A DNA stretch of 62,267 nt, counting the filler. It is 5 parts of 5 records of this genome, joined end to end, with 100 filler letters (N's around TTAATTAATTAA, not from the genome) between each part and the next. Parts side by side here need not be neighbours in the genome. Positions count along the whole stretch, not along the records: positions 49,331 to 62,267 come from SRR20825006_1373; 4 more parts are not named here. One strand, 5' to 3'. Positions within the stretch are counted from its first letter, which is position 1. Every line of letters starts with the position of its first letter. The notes beneath the pieces were generated by a model. The model saw only the letters and a list, made by a program, of their open reading frames with translations. It was not told the DNA's origin and searched no databases. Shown piece after piece: positions 50,108-61,464 of the stretch. The position numbers were made by a program, and so were the translations under genes.

Positions 50108-51253
50108 TTAAAGAGCGCAATCTTCAGCGTAAGCATCTTGGTGATCTGTCAACGCCAGACCCAAGATCTTGTTGGTCAACACGTCACCCTCTTTCACAAC
50201 TTCACGTACGTAAATGTCTTGAATGGGGTGGTTGTTGTTGCCGAACTTGAAGTCACCGCGGGTGGACTTAAAGTCAGCTTCTTTCAATGCTGCGCGGAAC
50301 GCTTCTGTGTCTTTCACATCGGCTTTGTCCAATGCAGAAAGGATCAGATTTGCCGCGTCAAAGCCTTGGCTGGCATAAAGCGACGGCAAGCGATCATATT
50401 TCTCTTGGAACGAAGCAACGAAGGCATTGTTGGTTTCGTTGTCGATGTCTTTGCTCCACTGCGAAGAGTTGCGCACGCCAAGTGCCGCATCGCCCACAGC
50501 GCCCAAAATGCCTTGGTCGAATGAGAAGGCTGGGCCCATAACCGGCAGATCAACACCAGAGGCCGCATATTGCTTCATAAACGCAATGCCCATGCCGCCT
50601 GGCAAGAAGAAGAACACACTGTCTGCGCCTGAATCGCGGATTTGTGCGATTTCAGCGGCATAGTCAGTTGCGCCCAATTTGGTGAACACTTCGCCCGCCA
50701 ACTGACCGCGATATTCGCGCTTAAAGCCGTTCAACGCATCTTGGCCAGCCGGATAGTTTGGCGCCAAAATGAAGGTGTTTTTATATTCAGCCACATTGGC
50801 ATAGGCGCCCATCGCTTCGTGCAAATTATCGTTCTGCCATGCCACGTTGAAATAGTTGGCGTTACAGCCTTTGCCTGCCAAAGCAGACGGACCTGCGTTT
50901 GGTGACACATAGAGTTTGCCTTGCGCCACGGCTGATGGAATAACCGCCATCGCCAAGTTTGACCAAATGATACCGGTTAGAATGTCCACCTTTTCAGATT
51001 GGATCATTTTATCGGCAATTTGTACGGCCAAATCGGGCTTGCGGGCGTCATCCTCGATCACGACTTCAACATCGTCGCGGCCTGCTTGCTCAATGGCCAG
51101 CATAAAGCCATCGCGCACGTCCACGCCCAAGCCAGCGCCACCGCCGGACAAGGTTGTGATCATGCCGATTTTCGCGCCTTCAGCCATAGCTGAGCCACCA
51201 AGGGCTAAGCTCATCGCCAATGCGCTGGCCATAATTGTTTTTAGCGTCTTCAT
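50108..51253 (-). CDS. ABC substrate-binding protein (LivK-like, aromatic-acid-binding type)
   Basis: Signal peptide; IG.ITTLSG, G..WSN, NAGPS.LAG..C, APNY.AG.D and FF.PGGMG motifs. Confidence 0.88.
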   Translation of the reverse strand: MKTLKTIMASALAMSLALGGSAMAEGAKIGMITTLSGGGAGLGVDVRDGFMLAIEQAGRDDVEVVIEDDARKPDLAVQIADKMIQSEKVDILTGIIWSNLAMAVIPSAVAQGKLYVSPNAGPSALAGKGCNANYFNVAWQNDNLHEAMGAYANVAEYKNTFILAPNYPAGQDALNGFKREYRGQLAGEVFTKLGATDYAAEIAQIRDSGADSVFFFLPGGMGIAFMKQYAASGVDLPVMGPAFSFDQGILGAVGDAALGVRNSSQWSKDIDNETNNAFVASFQEKYDRLPSLYASQGFDAANLILSALDKADVKDTEAFRAALKEADFKSTRGDFKFGNNNHPIQDIYVREVVKEGDVLTNKILGLALTDHQDAYAEDCAL

Positions 51254-51426
51254 AGTTTCCTCCCAAACTGCGAACCTAAGGTTCGCCGATTACAACACTT
51301 CACGACAGGTGAAGCATTTAATTTGCCCCTTGCCTCTCCCAAAGCAAAGGCCAATTCTCGCAACAATGGGGCAAAGTACCCAATCGCCGCAAAATTCTAA
51401 TAGTTACATCCATGCATGAATCTTAA

Positions 51427-51462
51427 TATATTTCAATATTAAAATATCATGCTTAAAATATC
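51427..51462. promoter_or_regulatory. Operator-like site (copy 2) upstream of the ABC transporter
   Basis: 27 of 36 nt identical to the palindrome at 54287-54322. Confidence 0.55.
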
Positions 51463-52317
51463 TCAATCACCAACCTGATCGGTGGCCAATTTGGTCAGAT
51501 CGCTATCCGCCTCTTCCAAATCCGCAATCACGTTGAAATGGTGTTTATAGGGCACTTCCACCGCATCGGTTTCCACGCCCAACCCGGTCCAGATATTGGC
51601 CAAAAGCTGATTTTGCCGCAAAAATTCGGGCCGCTCTTCTGCGCCCACCCAACAGGTGAGGTCCACGCCGGCCAATGGTTCGCGCAGCGCTGCGCTTTCT
51701 GCCCGCGCTTCCGCCAAATCCAGCTGCAGCCCGTCATTCATGCGGGTGTTGAGCAAGGGCCGCAGATCGTGTAAACCGGAAATCGAAATCACATGGTTCA
51801 GGCGCGCCTGCACCTCTTTTGACAAAGGTGTGTCTGCGCACATCATGCGCGATACCAAATGGCCACCTGCGGAATGGCCCGCAATGCGAATGGGGCCTTT
51901 CACCTTGGTTGCAGCATAAAGGATCGCCGCGCCAATTTGCTGCGTCATGGTGCTGATCCGCGCTTCCGGTGCCAAAGTGTAAGAGGGCATGGCCACGGCC
52001 CAGCCACGTGCAATTGGCCCCGCTGCCAAATGCGACCAAGCGCTTTTATCAAAGCTCAGCCAATAGCCGCCATGCACAAAAACAAACAGGCCTTTCGGCG
52101 TGCCTTCCGGCATAAACAAATCAAGTTTTTCCCGCTGGGCATCGCCATAAGCAAGGTCCAGTTCGGCGCGATTTGCGGCCAGCATTTCGTCGCGAAACCG
52201 CTCAGACGCACGCTCCCAATGCTCTACATAAGAGCCTGAATTCTCGATGTAAGCGCCATTGGCATAGGCATCGTCCCAATCGCTGGGCGTTGTCCAGTTT
52301 GGCAATCCGTCACGCAT
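51463..52317 (-). CDS. Alpha/beta hydrolase, probable kynurenine formamidase (arylformamidase)
   Basis: FVHGGYW, GHSAGGH (GXSXG), ISG..DL, E.PEF..Q and HHF motifs; function inferred from the kynU neighbourhood. Confidence 0.7.
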   Translation of the reverse strand: MRDGLPNWTTPSDWDDAYANGAYIENSGSYVEHWERASERFRDEMLAANRAELDLAYGDAQREKLDLFMPEGTPKGLFVFVHGGYWLSFDKSAWSHLAAGPIARGWAVAMPSYTLAPEARISTMTQQIGAAILYAATKVKGPIRIAGHSAGGHLVSRMMCADTPLSKEVQARLNHVISISGLHDLRPLLNTRMNDGLQLDLAEARAESAALREPLAGVDLTCWVGAEERPEFLRQNQLLANIWTGLGVETDAVEVPYKHHFNVIADLEEADSDLTKLATDQVGD

Positions 52318-53455
52318 CTATTGGTCCCCTTTGCAAGGCTGCGGCTGGTTGATAGCGCCCGTTCAAATGTGCCGGGGCATTGGCATCCAACTGCGCCAAA
52401 ATCTCTCGCACCCGATCAAGCCCGATTTCAGCAAAAAATGCAAATGGGCCTTTGGGAAAATTCAAGCCTAATTGCATCCCCAGATCAATATCTTGCGGTG
52501 TGGCCACTTGGTCGTCTACGGCGGAGGCGGCTTCATTGATCAGTGTCGCTAAAATACGCTCCGCAATTTGCTGCTGTTCGCTTTCGGCAAGGGTTGCATC
52601 TGCTTCGTCTGTCACGAAACCGTTGCCGCTTTTGCGGCCCAAATGTCCTTGCGCAACTTGCTGCTTTAACTGGCCAAAAACATAATAACGCGGATGGTGA
52701 TCAAAGGCTTCGGCCATGGTTTTGCTGGCCGCCAAATTGATGTCTGCGCCCACCAGATCGATCAATTCAAATGGCCCCATACGGAACCCTTGCGCCCGCA
52801 TCGCTGTATCAATTTGATGGGCCGAAAACTTGCCTTCTTCCAAAATCGCCAGCGCCTCGCCATAGAAGGGCCGTGCACAACGATTGACGATAAAGCCTGG
52901 GCTATCTTTTACCTTGATTGCCGTTTTACCAATTTGATTGAGATAGATGACGAGGTCATCACATCGTATCTGAGATACGGGTGGGGCTGTGATGACCTCG
53001 ACAAGCTTCATAATGTGGGCGGGATTGAAAAAGTGCAGGCCAAGCGCCCGGTCTTTATGGGTTAGATTGGCGAAAATATCGGCAACGCTGAGCGATGAGG
53101 TGTTGGTCGCCAGCAGCGTTTCTGAACCACAAGCCTCTTCCAATTGGGCGAAAAGGGCTTGCTTGACGTCTAACCGCTCGACAATGGCCTCGATCACCAA
53201 GTCACAATCGGCGAGATCAGCTAATTTGCTCGCTGCATTAAGCCGCGCCTTGGTGGCCGCCGCATCATCTGCACTCACTCGCCCTTTATCCACGGCCCGT
53301 GTCAAAGTTTGGTCTACCGCGCCCAGCGCTGAAGTCACCGCATCTTGGTTCACATCAAAAAGCAGCACCTGGTGGCCAGATTGCGCAAAGAACAGCGCGA
53401 TATTGCGCCCCATCACACCCGCGCCCACCACGCCAATTTTGTTCAGCTCAGCCAT
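52310..53455 (-). CDS. 3-hydroxyacyl-CoA dehydrogenase (PaaH-like)
   Basis: GAGVMG, IEAIVE, TNTSSL, GLHFFNP, PGFIVNR, MGPF.L.D.VG.D and LGRKSG.GF motifs. Confidence 0.92.
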   Translation of the reverse strand: MAELNKIGVVGAGVMGRNIALFFAQSGHQVLLFDVNQDAVTSALGAVDQTLTRAVDKGRVSADDAAATKARLNAASKLADLADCDLVIEAIVERLDVKQALFAQLEEACGSETLLATNTSSLSVADIFANLTHKDRALGLHFFNPAHIMKLVEVITAPPVSQIRCDDLVIYLNQIGKTAIKVKDSPGFIVNRCARPFYGEALAILEEGKFSAHQIDTAMRAQGFRMGPFELIDLVGADINLAASKTMAEAFDHHPRYYVFGQLKQQVAQGHLGRKSGNGFVTDEADATLAESEQQQIAERILATLINEAASAVDDQVATPQDIDLGMQLGLNFPKGPFAFFAEIGLDRVREILAQLDANAPAHLNGRYQPAAALQRGPIDA

Positions 53456-54246
53456 TATTTGCCCTCAAATGTGGGTTTGCGCTTGTCGAGAAAGGCGGTC
53501 ACGCCTTCGGCTTTGTCTTTCGTGCCGAGCAATGTTTCGAAATCGCTTCTGGTTTCGCCCAACACATGCTTGAGCGGCGTTTCGGCGCTGGCGACAATGG
53601 CCTTCTTCGCCGCCTGCATCGCTAATGGCGCGCGCAGGGCCATACGTTCTGTCAGTTTGGCCGCGAACGGCAGCGCCCCATCTTCGGCCATATAGCTGAT
53701 GATGCCCCAATCATTGGCGGTGATGGCATCGACAATCTCGCCGCCCAGCACAATCCGCCCGGCCCGTGCGCGGCCCACCATAGTGGTAAGACGTTCAATA
53801 CCGCCTGCGCCGGGGATCAGGCCTAAATTGGGTTCCGGCAAGCCAAATTTTGCGGTGGTGCCGGCCACGATCAGATCGCACATCAGCGCCAGTTCAAACC
53901 CGCCGCCAAGGCAAAAGCCATCCACCGCTGCCACCAGCGGCAAGGGGCAATTGCGGATACGCGCCCAATGTTTTTTACGTGGGTCGAGATAGCCTTCTTC
54001 CCGGCCTTTATCTTTGATTTCGTTTATGTCTGCGCCCGCGGCGAAATGCTCGCCTTCGCCGCAAATCAGCACGGCACGCACAGTTGAGGATTGGGTAAAA
54101 TCGTCCAACGCATCGGCAATCTGACCCAACAATTCTGTGTTGAGCGCATTGCGCTGCTTTTGTCGATCAATGCTGAGAATCGCCCACGCAGCATTGTGGC
54201 CTTTAATGTCCACTTGCTCTATGCGCAGCATATTTTGCTCGCCCAT
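53455..54246 (-). CDS. Enoyl-CoA hydratase (PaaF-like)
   Basis: NAL, FAAGADI, GGGFELA..CD, FGLPE..LG.IPG.GG and EG..AF..KR.P.F.G motifs. Confidence 0.92.
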   Translation of the reverse strand: MGEQNMLRIEQVDIKGHNAAWAILSIDRQKQRNALNTELLGQIADALDDFTQSSTVRAVLICGEGEHFAAGADINEIKDKGREEGYLDPRKKHWARIRNCPLPLVAAVDGFCLGGGFELALMCDLIVAGTTAKFGLPEPNLGLIPGAGGIERLTTMVGRARAGRIVLGGEIVDAITANDWGIISYMAEDGALPFAAKLTERMALRAPLAMQAAKKAIVASAETPLKHVLGETRSDFETLLGTKDKAEGVTAFLDKRKPTFEGK

Positions 54247-54286
54247 ATATCCTCCCTATCGCCATCAAGTCTTCACCAAAAACAAA

Positions 54287-54322
54287 TATATTTCAAGCCT
54301 AAAATTTTGAGCTTGAAATATA
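54287..54322. promoter_or_regulatory. Palindromic operator in the divergent promoter (probable MarR site)
   Basis: TATATTTCAAGC-N12-GCTTGAAATATA, a perfect 12-bp inverted repeat. Confidence 0.65.
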
Positions 54323-54382
54323 ATAATTCTGATGCAATCATATCCCTATGCGTAATCAACATTGCGCCAATGGGAGGACAAT

Positions 54383-56671
54383 ATGAAAATCGCATGTTTG
54401 GGCGGTGGCCCGGCCAGTCTATATTTTGCCATCAGCATGAAGCGGCGCGACCCGTCGCATGACATCACGATTTTTGAGCGCAACAAGCCGGATGATACAT
54501 TTGGCTGGGGCGTGGTTTTGTCCGATGAAACCCTTGATAATATGGCCGAAAATGACAAGGAGAGCGCCGAAGCAATCCGCGAGCATTTCGCCTATTGGGA
54601 CGATATTGCAGTGGTGCACGATGGGCACCGCACCGTTTCTACAGGCCATGGATTTTGCGGCGTTGGCCGCATGCAATTGCTGCTGACCTTGCAGGAGCGC
54701 GCCCGAGAGCTTGGCGTGAAAATGGAATTTGAAACCGAGATCGACAGTGCCTCGCCGTTGATGAAAGAATATGATCTTGTCGTCGCCTCCGACGGGTTAA
54801 ACTCCAAAACTCGCAATGAATTTGCCGAACATTTTAAGCCGGAAATCGACACCCGCAAATGTCATTTCGTCTGGCTCGGCACTCATCAGAAATTTGATGA
54901 TGCCTTCACCTTTATCTTTGAAAAAACCAAACATGGTTGGGTGTGGGCCCACGCCTATCAATTCGACAAAGACACGGCGACCTTTATTGTAGAGTGCGCG
55001 CCAGAAACATTTGAGAAATTCGGCTTCGGCGAAATCAGTCAGCAAGAAACCATCGCGATCTGCGAGGAGATTTTCAAAGATCATTTGGGCGGCCACAGCC
55101 TGATGACCAACGCCAACCATATTCGTGGTTCCGCCTGGCTGCAATTCCCGCGCGTTCTATGTGAAAAATGGCACCACGAGAATGTAGTCTTGCTGGGCGA
55201 TGCGTCGGCCACGGCTCACTTCTCCATCGGTTCGGGCACCAAACTCGCCATTGAAAGCGCCATTGCGCTGGCTGAGTTTTTGCACACGGAACCGAGCATG
55301 GATGCGGCGTTCCGCAAATATCAGGAAGATCGTCGCCTAGACGTTTTGCGTCTGCAAAGCGCAGCCCGCAACTCTACCGAATGGTTTGAAGATGTGGAAC
55401 GCTATCTCGATCTGGACCCGGTGCAGTTCAACTATTCATTGCTCACCCGCTCTCAACGGATCAGCCATGAAAATCTACGCCTGCGCGATCCGGAATGGTT
55501 GAAATCTGCCGAAACATGGTTTCAGGAACAGGCGGGCGCGAAAGGTGTGCATCGCGCGCCGATGTTTGCGCCGTTCAAGCTGCGCGATATGGAATTGAAG
55601 AACCGTGTGGTGGTCTCCCCCATGGCCCAATATAAGGCCAAGGATGGTTGCCCCACCGACTGGCATTTTGCCCATTATGCTGAGCGCGCCAAAGGCGGCG
55701 CTGGCCTTGTTTATGTGGAAATGACCTGCGTGTCGCCCGAAGGGCGGATCACACCGGGCTGCCCGGGGCTTTATGCGCCTGAGCATGAGGCGGCGTGGAC
55801 CCGTCTTACCGATTTTGTGCATAGCGAGACCAGCGCCAAAATGGCCATGCAGATCGGCCATTCCGGCCGCAAAGGCTCCACCCAATTGGGATGGGAGACC
55901 ATGGATGCGCCGATCAAAGAGGGCAATTGGCCGCTTCTGTCTGCATCAGACATTCCGTGGTCGCCGGACAATGCGACGCCAAAGGCCATGGATCGTGACG
56001 ATATGGACAAGGTGCGCGACCAGTTTGTCGCCTCCACCGAAATGGCGGATCGGGCCGGGTTTGATATGGTCGAGCTGCACGCCGCACACGGCTATTTGAT
56101 TTCGTCGTTCATTTCGCCCAAGTCGAACAATCGGCAGGATGAATATGGTGGTTCGCTTGAAAATCGTATGCGCTATCCGCTGGAAGTGGCCAAAGCTATG
56201 CGCGCTGCCTGGCCGGATCACAAGCCCATGTCCGTGCGGATTTCCGCCAATGACTGGGTCGGCGATGAGGGTGTGACCCCAGACGAAGCGGTGAAAATCG
56301 CGCAAATGTTCTCAGACCTTGGCATCGATATTATTGACGTGTCAGCAGGCCAAACCTCTATCGAAGCGAAGCCGGTTTATGGCCGCATGTTCCAAACTCC
56401 GTTCTCAGACCGCATTCGCAACGAGACCGGACTGAACACCATGGCCGTCGGCAACATTTATGAGCCGGATCATATCAATTCGATCCTGATGGCGGGACGG
56501 GCTGATCTGGTGTGTTTGGCGCGTCCGCATTTGGCTGATCCATACTGGACGTTGCACGCCGCGGCGGCCCTTGGCGATAAAGAAAGCGAATGGCCCTTGC
56601 CCTATTTGCCTGGTCGGGATCAAATGATGCGATTAGCAGAACGGAATGAAGGCATCGGGATTAAGGTATGA
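54383..56671 (+). CDS. Bifunctional 2-aminobenzoyl-CoA monooxygenase/reductase (salicylyl-CoA 5-hydroxylase family, AbmA-like)
   Basis: N-terminal FAD monooxygenase ([20 protein letters not shown]...[13 protein letters not shown]) fused to an old-yellow-enzyme domain ([27 protein letters not shown]); GGAGG RBS before ATG 54383. Confidence 0.92.
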   Translation: MKIACLGGGPASLYFAISMKRRDPSHDITIFERNKPDDTFGWGVVLSDETLDNMAENDKESAEAIREHFAYWDDIAVVHDGHRTVSTGHGFCGVGRMQLLLTLQERARELGVKMEFETEIDSASPLMKEYDLVVASDGLNSKTRNEFAEHFKPEIDTRKCHFVWLGTHQKFDDAFTFIFEKTKHGWVWAHAYQFDKDTATFIVECAPETFEKFGFGEISQQETIAICEEIFKDHLGGHSLMTNANHIRGSAWLQFPRVLCEKWHHENVVLLGDASATAHFSIGSGTKLAIESAIALAEFLHTEPSMDAAFRKYQEDRRLDVLRLQSAARNSTEWFEDVERYLDLDPVQFNYSLLTRSQRISHENLRLRDPEWLKSAETWFQEQAGAKGVHRAPMFAPFKLRDMELKNRVVVSPMAQYKAKDGCPTDWHFAHYAERAKGGAGLVYVEMTCVSPEGRITPGCPGLYAPEHEAAWTRLTDFVHSETSAKMAMQIGHSGRKGSTQLGWETMDAPIKEGNWPLLSASDIPWSPDNATPKAMDRDDMDKVRDQFVASTEMADRAGFDMVELHAAHGYLISSFISPKSNNRQDEYGGSLENRMRYPLEVAKAMRAAWPDHKPMSVRISANDWVGDEGVTPDEAVKIAQMFSDLGIDIIDVSAGQTSIEAKPVYGRMFQTPFSDRIRNETGLNTMAVGNIYEPDHINSILMAGRADLVCLARPHLADPYWTLHAAAALGDKESEWPLPYLPGRDQMMRLAERNEGIGIKV

Positions 56672-57414
56672 TCTTAGCGGGCAAAAACATATTGATCACA
56701 GGCGGCGGCACCGGAGTTGGTGCCGTGATGGCGAAGCAATTCGCTGAGGCGGGCGGCACGGTCACCGTGGCGGGCCGCACACGTGCAACGCTTGAGCAGG
56801 CGGCCACCCAACATGCCAACATCAAGGTGGCAACCGTGGACATCACCGACGAAGAGTCGATGAAGGCCCTGTTTGACGAGATCGGCGTGATGGACATTGT
56901 TATCGCCAATGCCGGTGCGTCATCCAGCGCGCCCTTGGCCAAGACCTCTCTTACCGATTGGCAGCATATGATCGATGTGAATTTGACCGGCACCTTTTTG
57001 ACTCTCAAGGAGGGTTTGGTGCGGCTGAAAGGCAAGGAATGGGGGCGTTTGATCGCCGTTGCGTCCACGGCTGGCCTGAAAGGCTATCCTTATGTCGCCC
57101 CCTATGCGGCGGCGAAGCATGGGGTGATTGGCCTTGTTAAAAGCATGGCGTTGGAAGTGGCCAAAAGTGGCATCACCGCCAATGCGCTTTGCCCCGGCTT
57201 TCTCAATACGGAAATGACCGAGCGGTCCATCGCCAATATTATGGAAAAGACGGGCATGAGCGCGGATGACGCCCTCAAGGCACTGGCGAAAAACAACCCG
57301 CAAGGGCGGCTGATCGAGCCGGAAGAAGTGGCCACGGCGGCACTTAATTTGTGCGGTCCACATAGTGAGGGGCTGAATGGTGTGGCCCTTTCTATTTCAG
57401 GAGGTGAAATATGA
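56668..57414 (+). CDS. Short-chain dehydrogenase (AbmB-like)
   Basis: [23 protein letters not shown] and NALCPG motifs. Confidence 0.9.
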   Translation: MILAGKNILITGGGTGVGAVMAKQFAEAGGTVTVAGRTRATLEQAATQHANIKVATVDITDEESMKALFDEIGVMDIVIANAGASSSAPLAKTSLTDWQHMIDVNLTGTFLTLKEGLVRLKGKEWGRLIAVASTAGLKGYPYVAPYAAAKHGVIGLVKSMALEVAKSGITANALCPGFLNTEMTERSIANIMEKTGMSADDALKALAKNNPQGRLIEPEEVATAALNLCGPHSEGLNGVALSISGGEI

Positions 57415-57878
57415 GCGCAACTGACCCGGTGACCGGGCACCCTATGAGCAAGCAGCGTTTGCGCCTGTGGCTGCATATGCTGAAAACCGCGCGCTTTGTG
57501 GAAAATGAGCTGCGCGAGCGCATGCGCATCACCTACCAATCCACCCTGCCTCGCTTTGATGTGATGGCGATGCTGGACCGCACTCGCGAAGGATTGCTGA
57601 TGAGCCAATTGTCTCAGCAACTAATGGTCTCCAACGGCAATGTGACGGGCATCATCGATCGGCTGGTGCAGGATGGCTATGTGGTGCGGGTCTCTGTAAA
57701 AGGCGACAAGCGCGCCACGCTGGTACGGCTGACGCCGAAGGGCATCGAGAAATTTGCCGAAATGGCCGCCGAGCACGAACGCTGGATCGATGAATTGATG
57801 GACAATGTGCAAGATCAGGACATTGAGCACTTTATCGACGCGCTCAACCATATCCGAAAGGATCATCAGCATGACTAA
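57411..57878 (+). CDS. MarR-family regulator
   Basis: [32 protein letters not shown] and D.RA..V.LT..G motifs. Confidence 0.92.
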   Translation: MSATDPVTGHPMSKQRLRLWLHMLKTARFVENELRERMRITYQSTLPRFDVMAMLDRTREGLLMSQLSQQLMVSNGNVTGIIDRLVQDGYVVRVSVKGDKRATLVRLTPKGIEKFAEMAAEHERWIDELMDNVQDQDIEHFIDALNHIRKDHQHD

Positions 57879-58683
57879 ATTGGCCGAGTATAAGCCAGAG
57901 CATTTTTTGCTGACCGTGAAGGGCGACATTGCCATTGTGCAATTAAACCGTCCCGACCGGAAAAACCCGCTCACCTTTGAAAGCTATGCGGAGTTGCGCG
58001 ATTTCTTCCGCGAGCTTCACTATGCCGACGACATCAACGCCGTAATTTTTGCCAGCAATGGCGGCAATTTCTGTTCCGGCGGCGATGTGCACGACATTAT
58101 CGGGCCGCTGGTGGGCATGGACATGAAGGAGCTGTTGGCCTTCACCCGCATGACGGGAGATTTGGTCAAGGCGATGCTCAATTGCTCCACCCCGATTATC
58201 TCGGCTGTCGATGGCGTGGCTGTGGGCGCAGGTGCGATTATCGCCATGGCGTCGGACATGCGGTTGGCGACACCGGAAGCCAAAACCGCCTTTTTGTTTA
58301 CCCGTGTCGGCCTTGCCGGCTGCGATATGGGCGCGTGTGCCATGCTGCCCCGTTTGATCGGGCAAGGTCGCGCGGCGGAACTGCTCTATACGGGCCGCTC
58401 CATGAGCGCTGATGAAGGCCATAACTGGGGCTTTTTCAACGCGCTGCATAGTGCCGATGAGCTGGATGATGCGGCCATGAAGCTGGCTGAGCGCGTGGTG
58501 GCGGGGCCGACTTTCGCCCATGGCATCACCAAAACTCAGCTCAATCAGGAATGGAGCATGAGCCTCGAGCAAGCGATTGAGAGCGAAGCGCAGGCGCAGG
58601 CTTTGTGCATGCAAACCAAAGATTTTGAGCGCGCTTATCATGCCTTTGTCGCGAAAGAAAAACCAAAGTTTGAGGGCAATTAA
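57871..58683 (+). CDS. Enoyl-CoA hydratase/isomerase family protein (AbmC-like)
   Basis: RP.RKNPLTF.SY, FCSGGDV..II and [15 protein letters not shown] motifs. Start set at ATG 57871. Confidence 0.9.
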   Translation: MTKLAEYKPEHFLLTVKGDIAIVQLNRPDRKNPLTFESYAELRDFFRELHYADDINAVIFASNGGNFCSGGDVHDIIGPLVGMDMKELLAFTRMTGDLVKAMLNCSTPIISAVDGVAVGAGAIIAMASDMRLATPEAKTAFLFTRVGLAGCDMGACAMLPRLIGQGRAAELLYTGRSMSADEGHNWGFFNALHSADELDDAAMKLAERVVAGPTFAHGITKTQLNQEWSMSLEQAIESEAQAQALCMQTKDFERAYHAFVAKEKPKFEGN

Positions 58684-59819
58684 TGGCCGATCAAAGCTTT
58701 CTCAACTGGCCCTTTTTTGAAGATAAGCACCGCGCCCTCAACGCCGAGCTAGAGGCTTGGGCGAGCGCCAATTTGCCTGTCGATCACAGCGATGTGGATC
58801 AGGCGTGCAAAGATTTGGTGGCCGCGTTGGGCAAAGCAGGCTTTTTGCAGCACAGCGGTGCGAAGCAAGGCGAAACGCTGGATGTGCGCAGCCTGTGCCT
58901 GATCCGCGAAACCTTGGCGCGGCATGATGGCTTGGCCGATTTTGCCTTTGCGATGCAAGGCTTGGGCACCGGAGCGCTGTCTCTGTTCGGCACGCCGGAC
59001 CAGCAGGCTTGGCTTGACCAAACCCGTGCAGGCGAAGCGCTTTCTGCCTTTGCTTTGAGCGAGCCTAAGTCCGGATCTGACGTGGCCAATATTGAGTTGA
59101 GCGCCGAAGATAAGGGCAATCACTATGTGCTCAATGGCGAAAAGACATGGATTTCCAATGGCGGCATCGCCAATGTTTACACGGTTTTTGCCCGCACTGG
59201 CGAAGCGCCGGGGGCCAAAGGGTTATCCGCCTTTGTGGTGTCTGCGGATAGCGAAGGGCTAGAGATTGCCGAACGCCTGGAGGTGATCGCGCCGCACCCG
59301 TTGGCGCGGCTGAAGTTTAACAATGTGCATGTGCCGAAAACCAATATGATTGGCGACGCAGGTGCTGGCTTTAAGATCGCCATGAGCGTTTTGGACGTAT
59401 TCCGCTCCACCGTTGGGGCGGCAGCGTTGGGCTTTGCCCGCCGCGCGCTAGACGAAACATTGGCCCGCGCCAAATCGCGGGAATTGTTTGGTGCGCCCTT
59501 GGCTGAATTGCAAATGGTGCAGGGTCATATTGCCGATATGGCGTTGGATGTGGATGCGGCCGCCTTGCTGATTTACCGCGCCGCTTGGACCAAAGATATG
59601 GGCGCTGCTCGCGTGACCCGCGAAGCGGCCATGGCCAAACTTTACGCGACGGACAAAGCGCAAGAGGTGATCGACAAAGCCGTGCAAATTCACGGTGGCG
59701 ACGGGGTGCGCAAAGGGTCAATCGTCGAGAGCCTATACAGAGAAATTCGCGCCTTGCGCATATATGAGGGCGCCTCAGACGTCCAAAAAATTGTGATTGC
59801 GCGCCAGACACTAAGCTAA
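58683..59819 (+). CDS. Acyl-CoA dehydrogenase (AbmD-like)
   Basis: [29 protein letters not shown] and [13 protein letters not shown] motifs. Confidence 0.92.
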   Translation: MADQSFLNWPFFEDKHRALNAELEAWASANLPVDHSDVDQACKDLVAALGKAGFLQHSGAKQGETLDVRSLCLIRETLARHDGLADFAFAMQGLGTGALSLFGTPDQQAWLDQTRAGEALSAFALSEPKSGSDVANIELSAEDKGNHYVLNGEKTWISNGGIANVYTVFARTGEAPGAKGLSAFVVSADSEGLEIAERLEVIAPHPLARLKFNNVHVPKTNMIGDAGAGFKIAMSVLDVFRSTVGAAALGFARRALDETLARAKSRELFGAPLAELQMVQGHIADMALDVDAAALLIYRAAWTKDMGAARVTREAAMAKLYATDKAQEVIDKAVQIHGGDGVRKGSIVESLYREIRALRIYEGASDVQKIVIARQTLS

Positions 59820-59838
59820 AATTCCTTGGGAGGGGATC

Positions 59839-61464
59839 ATGGAATTGGGACCAACTGGTCATGTGGACCATTTTTGCCGGGAGAACTTGCCGCCATTTGA
59901 TCAATGGCCGCAGATCAACACGGAAGATTTCACCTATCCGGAATATTTAAATGTGGGCCGCGCCCTCACCGATGCGATGGTGGAAAAAGGCTTTGGCGAC
60001 CACACTGCGTTGATCGGCAATGGCCGCCAGCGCACCTATAAGGAATTAGCCGACTGGACCAACCGTTTGGCCCATGCACTGGTGGAAGATTATGGCGTGA
60101 AGCCGGGCAACCGTGTGTTGATCCGCTCTGCCAACAACCCCGCTATGGTTGCCTGCTGGCTGGCCGCCACCAAGGCAGGCGCTGTGGTGGTCAACACCAT
60201 GCCGCTGCTGCGCGCGGGTGAATTGGGCGCCATTGTCGACAAGGCCGAAATTGAATTTGCCCTGTGCGACACGCGGATGATGGACGAGATTGTTGCCTGC
60301 GGCAAAACATCGAAGTTCCTCAAAACCATTATCGGCTTTGATGGCACCGCCAATCATGATGCGGAACTGGACCGGATTGCTTTGGGCAAATCTGTAAAGT
60401 TTGATGCGGTGAAAACCGGTCGTGACGATGTGGCCCTGTTGGGTTTCACCTCCGGCACCACGGGAGAACCAAAAGCCACCATGCACTTCCACCGGGATTT
60501 GCTGATCATTGCCGATGGCTACGCCAAGGAAGTGCTGCAAGTCACCCCGGAAGATGTGTTTGTCGGCTCGCCGCCCTTGGCCTTTACCTTCGGTTTGGGC
60601 GGCTTGGCCGTGTTCCCCTTGCGCTTTGGCGCAACGGCCACCTTGCTGGAAACCGCATCGCCACCGAACATGATCGAGATCATCGAAACCCACAAAGCCA
60701 CCATCTGTTTCACCGCCCCCACCGCCTATCGCGTGATGTTGCGGGCAATGGATGAAGGGGCGGATTTGTCCACCTTGCGTTGTGCTGTTTCGGCGGGCGA
60801 AACATTGCCTGAGCCTGTGTTTGATGAATGGCAGCAAAAGACGGGTAAGCCGATGCTGGACGGTATTGGCGCGACGGAGATGTTGCACATCTTTATCTCC
60901 AACCGCTTGGACGATGCCAAACCTGCCTGCACGGGCAAGCCAGTGACGGGCTATGAGGCCAAAGTGGTTGATGACAATATGAATGAAATGCCGCGTGGCG
61001 AGCCGGGACGGTTGGCGGTGCGCGGACCGACTGGCTGTCGCTATTTGAATGATGAGCGGCAGGCAAAATATGTGACAGACGGGTGGAACATTACGGGTGA
61101 CACCTTTGTGGAAGATGAAAATGGCTATTTCCATTTCGCCGCCCGCAATGACGATATGATCATTTCATCTGGCTACAATATTGCCGGGCCAGAGGTGGAA
61201 GCAGCGCTGTTGGCGCATGAATATGTGCTTGAATGTGCGGTGATTGGCGTGCCCGACACGGAACGCGGCCATATCGTGCAGGCGCATGTGGTGCTGGCCG
61301 AAGGCGCATCAGCATCTGATGAAACCACCAAGATTTTGCAAGATCATGTGAAAGCGACCATTGCGCCCTTTAAATATCCGCGCTCTGTGGTATTCACCGA
61401 TCAGTTGCCCAAAACCCAAACCGGAAAAATCCAGCGGTTCCAGCTAAGGGAAAACCAAAAGTGA
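59839..61464 (+). CDS. Aryl-CoA ligase, probable 2-aminobenzoate-CoA ligase (AbmG-like)
   Basis: FTSGTTG.PK, SPPLAFTFGLG, SAGE.L, DGIGATEMLHIF, TGD and LPKT.TGKIQRF motifs. Confidence 0.9.
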   Translation: MELGPTGHVDHFCRENLPPFDQWPQINTEDFTYPEYLNVGRALTDAMVEKGFGDHTALIGNGRQRTYKELADWTNRLAHALVEDYGVKPGNRVLIRSANNPAMVACWLAATKAGAVVVNTMPLLRAGELGAIVDKAEIEFALCDTRMMDEIVACGKTSKFLKTIIGFDGTANHDAELDRIALGKSVKFDAVKTGRDDVALLGFTSGTTGEPKATMHFHRDLLIIADGYAKEVLQVTPEDVFVGSPPLAFTFGLGGLAVFPLRFGATATLLETASPPNMIEIIETHKATICFTAPTAYRVMLRAMDEGADLSTLRCAVSAGETLPEPVFDEWQQKTGKPMLDGIGATEMLHIFISNRLDDAKPACTGKPVTGYEAKVVDDNMNEMPRGEPGRLAVRGPTGCRYLNDERQAKYVTDGWNITGDTFVEDENGYFHFAARNDDMIISSGYNIAGPEVEAALLAHEYVLECAVIGVPDTERGHIVQAHVVLAEGASASDETTKILQDHVKATIAPFKYPRSVVFTDQLPKTQTGKIQRFQLRENQK

